From NCBI RefSeq assembly GCF_006345805.1, contig NC_043001.1:105214001-105278000 (forward strand): a stretch of DNA of 64,000 bases, read 5' to 3'. The notes beneath the pieces were generated by a model. It saw only the letters and a list, made by a program, of their open reading frames with translations, was not told the DNA's origin and did not search any database. The DNA comes from Octopus sinensis (taxonomy: Eukaryota). Below are positions 1 to 11,031 of the stretch, piece after piece. The translations under genes and the position numbers were made by a program. Numbering within the stretch: the first letter of the stretch is position 1; the number at the start of each line of letters is the position of its first letter.

Positions 1-414
1 TTCGAAACGTTGTTGATGGTCAGAAGATCCTCATGTACAAGCTGATGAGTGTTCTCCACATTTCGTGGCAGGTCTTCCAGATCTTTTATCGTCTTTCAAG
101 GATGTTATTTCGCTTTTGAAGCACCCATGCCACGCGAAATGATGCCGAAGCATGTAGCAGACTTCTCAAGTTTAACGCAAAATTTCCCGTTGATTTTTTG
201 TTCAGCGTCCTGTAAATGACAAAAATTGTAAGCTACAGTATACACGTGATAACAAAAATACAAATGTCACAACTTGCGAAGTAAAGAGAACGGTATCACT
301 TGGCACACTGCCTCATATATGTCACTGCTAGATCTCAAATAGCACACACTTATGTGCTGTCATTTGTTGGCCCGCTACAGAACTAGTCTGAAAACGTATT
401 GGTATAGCCTCGTA
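1..414 (-). mobile_element. mariner-family DNA transposon, decayed 5' part (TIR + N-terminal HTH), cut by window edge
   Basis: Minus strand starts TA-cgaggctataccaatacgtttt (mariner-type TIR). Broken translation ...CVKLEKSAT...DLEDLPR..NVENTHQLVHEDLLTINNVS resembles mariner N-terminal HTH. Confidence 0.7.
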
Positions 415-868
415 TTCTTCACAATGTTCTTAATGACACCAAACTTGAATTCAAGAATATAAAACGGGAACTTAATTTTCTATAAATATAAGAAATAGTA
501 AATACATACGTATGTGGCATTTCCATCAAAAACAAATATATACAAACACACACACACACACACACATACACACACACACTCATACATATATATATGTACG
601 TACATGCATACTGATATGTGTGTATGTGTATGTTTGTATTCACGCGTGTGTTAGAGTGCATGTTTCTGTATGGTAGTGTATGTGTGATCGTATTATTTTT
701 TCTCCCTTGTTTTTCATTACGATAACATCCACAGGCTGCGATGTCTCAAGTTTATAACAATTTGGTGCAACACAGCACACTCGACAATACATTAAAATAT
801 TCTGTTTATATTTTATATCATACACATCTGTTCAAAATGTTGGTGAACATCCTTCTTGATGTATAGTT

Positions 869-980
869 TCAGGCAAGTGATATAGAAAATAATGGTTGAA
901 ATTCAAGAAAGAAATCTACATAAATAAATAAATATATATATACATACACCCCCACACCAGACACACATACACACACACAT

Positions 981-1011
<31 letters not shown>

Positions 1012-1074
1012 CATATATATATACATACATATTCCTATATATATACATATATACACACATTATATATATACACA

Positions 1075-1137
<63 letters not shown>

Positions 1138-1200
1138 TATATATATAATATAAACAAATATACATATACAAATATATATATATGTGTGTGTGTATGCCTC
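869..1200. repeat. compound (CA)n/(TA)n microsatellite
   Basis: Direct reading; similar tracts recur throughout the window. Confidence 0.95.
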
Positions 1201-1837
1201 TCTGTGTATTTGCATAGATATTTTGTTTATGATTCTATTTATAGAGAGTTCATGTTTATGTTCTTTGTACTTTTTTATATTTATCTGTATGTTTCCTATT
1301 GTTTTTAGAATCATATTTATTGCCTATATATTCGGTACACAGACGTGCGCGTGCATACAATCACACACACACGCACATACACACACAATCACACACACAT
1401 AAATGCATACACCTACACGTGTTCATGTATGTGCGTGCTTACATGTACCACTCGTGTCCTACAACTGCGTGTGTCTACGTAAAGGATTCTCTGAATAAAC
1501 TGTTTTTGATAAAATTCGTGTGTTTAACTGATTCACTCTACAACAGACTAGGTTTATAGATTTTGGCCAAGAGTGTATTCTTACGCAGATGCAAACAAAC
1601 TGTTTTTAGTTATAATACCTGGCTAACAAAAGATGGGTCAACCAGTGTATATCCCATCCAGTTATGGGTTCTCATCCTCGATTTAAATACTTTTCAACTG
1701 TCCCCAGATAGATCCATTTTTACGCGGTGCGTGACGAAATCGATTCGACCGATCTAGGGCAAGAACACTTTCTTGGTAGCATTTCAGTGAAATTGTGATC
1801 AAGACACCTGTTTAAATATTCAATGATGTAAGCACGT

Positions 1838-1970
1838 ATAGGCGCAGGTGTGTCTCTGTGGTAAACAGTTTGCTTCTCAACCACATGGTTTCTGGGTACA
1901 GCTCCTTGTACCATAGCATCGAGCCGAGCAAAGCCTGATAGAATGGATTTGATATACGGAAAGAGGCCTA
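1838..1970 (+). mobile_element. SINE family A, decayed 5' fragment
   Basis: Matches head of copy at 38717 (ggcgcagg..tgtggtaa..caaccacatggtt). Confidence 0.6.
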
Positions 1971-2679
1971 TATTATAGATGGTGTTTGCAAAGGTTAATC
2001 GAAAGTGTTCACACACAAGAAAAAGCTTCTTACCAAAAACTGGTTCGTAACACCCTAATAAATGATTTCGTAACATTTTAAATATATATATATATATATT
2101 TTAAATATCATCTTTACACTTCAAAACTGTATTAAGTTAATTCTTAGAAATGTTTACTACCAGTGGCCTAGCGTCTTAATGAAATCTGTCAATAGACTAT
2201 ATATTATTCATATAAGTACAGTGTACATTTAACCACATGAGAGGAATCCGTCATAGGATTCCTTGCACGCTAGAAGGAACAGCTAAAATCCAAACCACTA
2301 TTAGGGATAAACGTCGAAGAGAATGAAAAATAAAAACATTTACCATCTATTTCCTGGACCATGGTTCAGACTTTATTTAGCAAATAAAATAATTTACTAG
2401 GCGAAGTCTTCATCAACAGGTACGCCTAGATTAAACATATAAGTACGAGGCAATCCATCATGTGTCCTGTGCTTCTACATTATAATTTTGCAAATCCACC
2501 GCGCAAGCGCAGTTTTTATCGGCATGAGATAAAAATAATACCGTCCATCCTTCGAAAATTTTCCAGAAAAAATATCAATAATAAATAATATTAGGATAAT
2601 AAAAAATAAATAAAAAATTTTACTACCAGTGGCCTAACGTGTAAAAAGTTTGTCAATATGTAAACTGTATTTATATGAG

Positions 2680-2731
<52 letters not shown>

Positions 2732-2733
<2 letters not shown>

Positions 2734-3035
2734 ACAATTGAGGGTAAAATTAATTAGTTATTAATCAATTTTACCAAGTAGTGTTCAGTATGTAAAAGGA
2801 CCATTTAAGGCGAATTCAAAATATTACATTATATAATTAGGGCTTAGTAAAATAAATTACTTTGCCACATACTGAACTTTCTAGAAATAGCAGCCAAAAA
2901 GTTTTTAGCCATTTCCACTACTTTAAGAAAAGAGAGAAGTTTTCTTAAAGTAGTGGAAATGGCTAAAAAATTTTTGGCTGCTATTTCTAGAAAGTTCAGT
3001 ATGTGGCAAAGTAATTTATTTTACTAAGCCCTAAT

Positions 3036-3043
<8 letters not shown>
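2732..3043. repeat. element between (TA)n arrays ending in a 216-bp near-perfect palindrome (2828-3043)
   Basis: Arms 2828-2931 and 2940-3043 are reverse complements with 1 mismatch; 8-nt spacer gagagaag. Confidence 0.9.
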
Positions 3044-3083
<40 letters not shown>

Positions 3084-4837
3084 AATTAATAAATAAATAA
3101 AACATATGCATATATACATACATATATGTACGTACCTACTTCTACATGTATATACATGCATATATGGGTACAGGACACAAAAAAAAAACGTCGAACACAA
3201 TGAGAAACAAAAATATAAACATAAAACCAAGGAAATGGACATTTTTTTAAACAACGAAAAAATAGAATACAGGACATACAAAACAAGGAAAATTCCCCTT
3301 CTTCAGTCGCCTTAATTTCATCTACTCCACGTTTCGAGTATTCAAAGGCGTTGCCCGAGAATGGCCAGAATCCAATGATTTAAAATAAGTAAAAGACAGA
3401 CGGTAAACATTTCACGAACTTTTGAAGAGAGAACTAAGAAAAGGAAAAATATTGCACTTAGGTATTCGTGAGTATACAGGTATACAGGTATAACCACACT
3501 CTTTGTCAATGCCGAAATCAATTATTTTGCTATCGCTGCATAAATATAATATCAAGCAGATTGGAGAAAACATAAATTTCTTGAAGGACAGCTTTTGCAC
3601 ACGGAATCTCCTTCTGCTTATGGAAATAGTATATGTAAATGCCACGCGTGTTCTGAAAACGAATTACAAAAATTATTTCTCTACCATTCATGCTGGGTGA
3701 ACGACCAATTGTCAGAAGGTAAAACTGGAAGGTAAAACTGTCTTAGATTATCTTTCATTCTTCAGCCAATGTGTCATATTTTGATAACGTTTCAAAGTCA
3801 ACCATTTCTGCACGCAACAATTCTTCGCCAACCATTTTGAATATAACAAACCTTCAAATCTGTATATATTTAAAGTCGGTACGACGTCCCTCTTCTTTCG
3901 AGTAATTTCCTTCTATACATTTACTGGTTAAGCTGACATTCAAGAAGCTAAACTGATGTATATAGTCTTTAAATATATCTCTTCAAAAGGCTAAAATATG
4001 GTAATATTATTTTCTGCGACCTATAAGACTAAATTCGCCATGGACAGAAAATATATCATAGCAACACATGCTCCTTTACAGTGTTTACGTAAAATTTATG
4101 GTTTGCATAGATGTTTAAAAAATCCGTGGTACAGGTTTGGGCTGCAAATTATGATAACACGAAAGAAACATAGTTGCATTTTAACACAAACGGAGGTGTA
4201 TATACGATAAACTACTCCATAATTTACTATGAAAATCTATAAATTATTCATACTGCAACAATAAAGAGACAAAAAATTGGAGGAAAAAATTAAAATGCAT
4301 TGGTAAATTATGCGTTGTTTTGCATGTGACGGTTATGGTTGTGACCTCAGCGAATGTAAATATTTATGAGAAGCATTCATGACGAATAAGAAAGTAGAGA
4401 AAAGGGAGAAGAAAAAAATCAAGAGAAAACAAATATAGAAAAATAAGGAGCAGAAAAATATAGAGGAAAATGAAGAGGTAGAAAGAGAGTGAAGAGAGAA
4501 AAGTAATGAAATAAGAAAGATAATTGTAAAGACGAGAAAAGAGATTACCATGACACACCAAAAAAGTAATCAAGCACACGGCGACACAGGCGTATGCGCA
4601 AGTGCATACCTACATACATACGTATGTATGTATGTATGTATGAATGTATGTATGTATGTATGTATGTATATATGTATGTACGTATGTATTTAGGTATGTA
4701 TGTTTGTATTATGCATGTATGTTTGTATGTGTGTGTGTATGTATTATGTATGTATGTTTTTATGTATGTATGTTTGTATATATGAAGGCATGTATGTATG
4801 TATGTATGTATGTACGTATTGTTTTGTTCCTTTATTT

Positions 4838-5030
4838 GTATCAGTCATTTGATTACGGCCATGCTGAAGCACCTCCTTTAGTCGAACAATTAAACCCCAG
4901 GTCTTAATCTTGGTAAGCCTAGTACGTATTCCACCGGGCTCTCTTTGCAGAACCGCTATGTTCTGTAAACACAGAAACTTCCGTTGGAGCGATGGTAGCG
5001 GAGGGTACAAACCGAGGCACAAACAGAAAA
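4838..5030 (-). mobile_element. SINE family A, 3' part
   Basis: Reverse complement of family tail (tcgactaaaggcggtgctccagcatggccgcagtcaaatgactga). Confidence 0.75.
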
Positions 5031-5232
5031 TAACAGAGAAATGGTACACAAATACAAATGCAAATAACATGATGAAGCAGCAGGTGTCTTTCGACTAAGG
5101 ACGAATTAAATTAAGCTGGCGTTAAGAGATGAGAGGCTTGATGAGGAATATAGATGTTGCACGGATGCTTGACGTACCAAGAAAGAATGGTCAGGCTTGG
5201 CGTAACACCGGTCACGTGGAGAGAGAGGAGAA

Positions 5233-5680
5233 GCCGGCGAGCTGCCCGAGTCGTTTGCACGCCGAGCGAAATGCTTAGCGGTATTTCGTCTGCCGATACG
5301 TTCTGAGTTCAAATTCCGCCGAGGTCGGCTTTGTCTTTCATCCTTTCCGGGTCGATTAAATAAGTACCAGTTACGCACTGGGGTCGATATAATCGACTTA
5401 ATCCGTTTGTCTGCCTCTCTGTGTTTATCCCCTTGTGTGTAGTAAGGAACTAGGTATTTCGTCTCTCTTTAAGTTCTGAGTTCAAATTCCGCCGAGGTCG
5501 ACTTTGCCTTTCATCCTTTCTGGGTCGATAAACTAAGTACCAGTTTTGCACTGGGGTCGATATAATCAACTTAATCCCTTTGTCTGCCCCCTCTAATTTT
5601 AGCCCCTTGTGGGCAATAAAGAAATAGGTATTTTGTCTGCCGCTACGTTCTGAGTTCAAATTCCGCCGACGTCGACTTTG
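5233..5680 (+). mobile_element. SINE family B multimer (one headed unit plus two headless units)
   Basis: A-box-like head, B-box gagttcaaattcc, core gaggtcgactttgcctttcatcctttcggggtcgat. Units restart at ggtattt at 5453 and 5627. Confidence 0.85.
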
Positions 5681-5824
5681 TGTAACTGGTACTTATTTAA
5701 TCGACCTCGAAAGGATGAAAGGCAACGCCGACCTCGTCGGAATTTGAACTCAGAACGTAACGGCAGGCGAAATACCGCTAAGCATTCCGCCCGGCGTGCT
5801 AACGATTCTGCCAGCTCGCTGCCC
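5681..5824 (-). mobile_element. SINE family B, 3'-truncated copy in opposite orientation
   Basis: Reverse complement of family B head and core. Confidence 0.85.
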
Positions 5825-6739
5825 TATGTCCAAGAAAGAAATTTAGAGAAAACAAATTAAAAAATCTCTTTGAATGCAAGACAAAATATAAGATAAAACC
5901 TTTTAACTTAAAGAGCTTTGTATCTAATAACTCAAAATCTAATCGAATTATAATAGAAAATATTGGTGTCGCTTCTCAACCAAGGCTCTTGAAAATCCTG
6001 AACTGATATGGCGGTGGGGTTGACAAAATAGCGGTTTACTTTCGAGAGTTGTACTCTCTTTTTTGTGTGTTGCAGTGTTCACCGAGTTAAAACCAGAAGA
6101 CAAAAGGATCGAATTAATACGTAAATCATCGCCTTCATATCGATGGCAAAATATCCATAAAAAAATATTTTTTCTTCTGCTTTATTTTAACTCGTGTGAA
6201 CACAGAAATCATACATCCACGATATTATTAGAATTGATTAATTGAATGTATTTTTTTATGACATCTATATAATCAGGAATATTAAAACTACTGTGGTGAA
6301 CTGAACAGTTTTTGCCTCTCTGGATGTGCGAACACTGGTCTAATAAAACCTGAACGATTTTTATTGAAAACTCATACACACATACACACACTCATATATA
6401 TATATATCATATGTGACAATTATTCATTTGCCATAATAAACTTCGAGTTCGGATGTCGGGACGGAAATCTGCTCCGGCATCTCGTCAGTTTTTAAGACAA
6501 TCAATCAATAAATGCAATGAAAATGACCGTTTAATAAAGGGAAAAAAACGAAGTGGTGGAGAGAGTAAAAAAAGGTAAGAAAGTGAAAACGCTTATAAAT
6601 TCACGTGTGCGCGCATGTACATACATACACATACGCACATGCACACCTATGTGCGTACAGATAAATTCCTCTATTTACATAATATCAAGGTCTCATTCAT
6701 TCTTTTGTTGTCATACCATTACTGTTAATATATATATAT

Positions 6740-6838
<99 letters not shown>

Positions 6839-7735
6839 CATATATACATACATACATATATATATGTGTGTGTATAAAGAAGCTTGTTTTAAATTATAAA
6901 TCAATCATTATTTCAAAAAAATCCTTTAAAATATCAGTTAGAAAGACCTAATGGAAGAGAAATTTGCCATAAGTGCTTTCTGCGGCTCTTAGCATTTCAA
7001 ACACACGTATCTCCTCCATCATAATGGGTTAAATCTGATTTTTAAAAAATACTTTTATACAATTGATAATTTTTGATTTAAGAAAATTATCCTTGAAATA
7101 TTTGTAATAAATGTTTGATTTTTTCAAACTTAAAAAAATCGCACTTGCGAAAATCATTTAGTGTCGTTTGTTTAATGATAGTATTGGGTTATAGTGTTAT
7201 AGAGTTTCTATAGATTCCTTGAAGCAAAACCAACACATAAAATGTTGGCCTTGTTTCACCAGTGTCAATTATATTCCGAGATATACAATATGGCGCATTG
7301 TGTACGTGAACAGTTAGTGTGGTAGACTCATTATGTCTATCGCATTTTAAAGGGCTTAAATCGGCTGCCTATCATCTCATAAAACTCACGGTTCTTCCAA
7401 TGTATACCCTGTCAGATTTGCTCTTTGTTAATAAAGTTTCAGAGAGAAAACTGTCTATTTAAGTGGCCATATTGACAGACACTGCTATCGGAATAACTAA
7501 ATCACAGTCACCCAGATGCACACACACACACACAAACAAATGCTCACACACTTATATCTATTTATCAATATATACTGACGCCCGTATTTATATATACTGA
7601 CGTCTTTTTCAACTTACAGTTGAAATGGTCTCAATGACTGAAACCGGTACCGAAATATTTTTTATAAAATTATTTTAGCATTTTTTATTTTGACTTTTTT
7701 CCATATATATCAACTCGTGTGTTCCTTTTCAACCT

Positions 7736-7789
<54 letters not shown>

Positions 7790-8737
7790 TATTATATACA
7801 TACATACATATATATATATATATATGCGATAGGCCACTTACCACACACCCACTTCTGCGCCTATATATATATATAATATAATACATATATGTTGTATATA
7901 TGCACATTTATTTACATGTGTGTGTGTGTGTGTGTGTGTGTCATTGTGTGTGGTTATAACTGCTATATTTCAAATTTTGACACACACACATACATTCATA
8001 CAGACATACACCCACATATGATATGATCTCATAAGATTGATGTGGTGTGAATACACGTTTGTATTTAACAGCTGCCTTTCTGATGGCTATTCACTCCTGT
8101 TATAAGCGACTGTCAAAGAAGTGAAAGCAAGGTTATCTCTACATAATGTGAATTTAGATTGCTAAGTTACATAAAATTATGAAGAACGTTGTGATTTTCG
8201 GAATACATTAAATCTGAGAATCATTACTTTGTATAATTCGTTGTATCAGTGAAGTGCATAGTTCAGATTTCATACAAAAATATCGGGAATTCATCATGGT
8301 GAACATTCACGAAAATGTAATGTATGACTTTCGACATCATTTGAATAATAAACAAATATGGTTTATTTTTATAGCCATCAATCGTAAATAGAAGCAAGTA
8401 TTGGTTAGTTTTACTTACTAATAATCAGAATGAAAAATAAGAATAGAAAATTTTCTCGGGAATATGTTGGAGTACATATGTGTACTTACTAAATAACCAT
8501 TTCTATAATTTATACAAGTGTAAATCGTTTTGAATATGTTTGGCGAAAACATTGAAAGAAATCATTTCAGATTGGAATAACCTAACACTCTAGTGTACCA
8601 TATCGTAATTAGGAAGAGCGGTGTCGGACTCCCGCCAGGGGTCAGCATACCCTGAGGCAGCATGGAACCGAATCAGTTTTAAAATGGACATGTACTTCCT
8701 ACTAAATTTGTTGAGTGCCCCTTCTTCCCGTTTGTCC

Positions 8738-8776
<39 letters not shown>

Positions 8777-8778
8777 TA

Positions 8779-8817
<39 letters not shown>

Positions 8818-8884
8818 TATGTGTGTGTGTGTGTGTGCGTGTCTGTGTGGCTGTGTGTAAGTATATATGTATATATGTATGTGC

Positions 8885-8915
<31 letters not shown>

Positions 8916-9009
8916 ATAATAATATTGCCTAATAGTGGTTTTATTTCTAATTTAATATAATATATGTATATATATAGTGTATGTACATACATACATACAT
9001 ACATACTAC

Positions 9010-9051
<42 letters not shown>

Positions 9052-9052
<1 letters not shown>

Positions 9053-9490
9053 GTGAAATAGAAAGATGAATAATCTTGTAGTAGATTAATCAAAAGTTTA
9101 ACCGATACCTTAGTAGCAAAAATCACAGCAGTAAACAGCACGGTTGGAGTACAACCATCTGGCGTTGCAACCGTGCGTTGGTGCGGATAATTGAAATTAA
9201 AACATTATTGGTGAATTGAAGAAATGGAGCTGAACGCAGATTGAACAGAAATCGTTTTATTTCATTCTACACGTGTTTCGAAGGCACAAATTACCAAAAT
9301 CCGATTGAATAATGGGACCATATTGTGTCTTTCTCTTCAGGAAGAAAAAAGGAAATCCGTTGGAAAAACAAAAACAGAACAGAGGCGGAGCAAAAAACAA
9401 TCGAACTGTGCTCCTAAGAAACACGTGTAGAATGAAATAAAACGATTTCTGTTCAATCTGCGTTCAGCTCCATTTCTTCAATTCACCAAT

Positions 9491-9499
<9 letters not shown>
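9052..9499 (-). mobile_element. non-coding hammerhead-bearing element with 82-bp inverted copy, between (TA)n arrays (Penelope-like, non-autonomous)
   Basis: 9198-9279 and 9418-9499 are exact reverse complements; hammerhead motif at 9265-9343 (-); TA arrays on both sides. Confidence 0.65.
9265..9343 (-). ncRNA. type I hammerhead ribozyme motif, intact core
   Basis: UUC-CUGAAGA-GAAAGACACAA...UUGUGCCUUC-GAAA-CACGUG-UA|GAA; stems I, II and a palindromic stem III can be drawn by eye. Confidence 0.75.
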
Positions 9500-9534
<35 letters not shown>

Positions 9535-9552
9535 TAATATATATATATATAT

Positions 9553-9710
9553 AAATATCTGCTTATTTCTGTGTTCCTTTCCAATGAAGAGCGTAGTCTC
9601 GAAATGTAAAAGGCTTTCTCACTTCCCGAACGTTAAACTAATACATATGTTTGTTGTTTAAACACCCGTCTTCGTCTTTTGTTTCGTTTGTTTTTGTAAA
9701 TTCCAACTAT
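9553..9710 (+). mobile_element. short hammerhead-motif element (decayed core), homolog of 16330-16532
   Basis: ccttt-CCAATGA-A-GAGC-gtag-TCTC-GAAA-TGT-A-aaagg; downstream ~100 nt closely matches 16443-16530. Confidence 0.65.
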
Positions 9711-10264
9711 ATATACATATGTATGTATGTATATATGTATATATGTATATGCATTGTGTGTGTGTATGTGTGAACGTGTGATGCAGTAAAGAAGTATAAA
9801 AGAAATCAAAAATTAATTTCGATGAGCGGTAGTACTGATTGTGCAGGAAATGGAAATGTCGTTTTCAAACAATTTATTTTGAGATATTTCTAAAGAAACA
9901 ATAACAGTCGTAATCATTTGTTGACATACAACGCTACCAAGATAAGTGTATCAATGCATTCATTTTTGTTACGTGCTTCAACAGATTTCCAATGAAATTC
10001 AAAATTAATTACAAGTAATTGCAAAATCACAACGGCACTAATGAATCTCATGTTTGGGTATCAAGAGTAACAGTCATTAGCAGCGGTTATTCAAATGATC
10101 TATTGACATGCATCAATAATAGTCATTCTGTGGTTCATTAATGAAAAAGTTTATAATAATGAGATTGACTTTGAAGGCTAATGTTTTACAAAGTGTAAGA
10201 AATATCTTATAATCGAAAAGCGTGAGCAGTCGTGCATTCTATTGGCATCTTTCTGCTAGGTTCA

Positions 10265-10638
10265 GGCGTGTGGGTGCTGTATGATGTTTGCTTCCCATCT
10301 ACATGGTTCCCGGTTCAGCCCCGCTGGGTGGCATCTTGGCTAAGTGTCTTGTACTAGAGCTTCGGGCCTACCGAAGCCAGTGTTGTATGTGTGTGTGTCA
10401 TAAGCATATATATATATACATGTATGTGTGTGTTTGTGTCTGTGTTTGTCACCCACCGCTGCCGGTGTGTTTATGTCCTTGTGATTTAGCGGTTCAGCAA
10501 AAAAATTCCGATATAATAAGCACAGGCTTAAACGAACGTAGTGGGGTCGATTTGTTGAACTAAAATTCTCCAAGCCTGTGCCCCAGCATCGCCGCAGTCC
10601 AATGAATGAAGGAGATATAAGATAAAAGATAAAAGATA
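10265..10638 (+). mobile_element. SINE family A, near full length, decayed
   Basis: Head, cttggc(t)aagtgtctt core, internal microsatellite and family tail. Confidence 0.8.
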
Positions 10639-10801
10639 TTAAGTGGTCATAATGATATTGGACAACAGTGATATTGGAAGTGCTTCTGAAGTTTCACGAA
10701 GTTCACTCGCTCTTTCTTTTACGTCAAAATGTTACAGTCTCCAGAGAAGTAACAATTTTGGGTAAGCATTTTCGTTGTTGTAAATATATTCAAATATATT
10801 C

Positions 10802-11031
10802 ATTTCTTTATTGTCCACAAGGGGCTTAACATAGAATGGACAAATAAGGACAGACCAAGAGATTAAGTCGATTACATCGACCCCAGTGATTAACTGGTAC
10901 TTATTTAATCGACCCCGAAAGGATGAAAGGCAAAGTCGACCTCGGCGGAATTTGAACTCAGAACGTAACGGCAGACGAAATACCTCTAAGAATTTCGCTT
11001 GGCGTGCTAACGTTTCTGCCAGCTTGCCGCC
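10802..11031 (-). mobile_element. SINE family B, full length, type-1 tail
   Basis: Reverse complement ends agccccttgtggacaataaagaaat. Confidence 0.85.

Noticed and set aside
3290-3800. Minus-strand GAAAC...CTGAAGA pairs (near 3300 and 3770) suggesting type II hammerheads
   Set aside because: Stems I-III cannot all be formed consistently; at best decayed remnants.
5233-5680. Regularly repeated units resembling a CRISPR array
   Set aside because: Units are ~175-220-bp SINE bodies with no unique spacers, in eukaryotic DNA with no cas genes.
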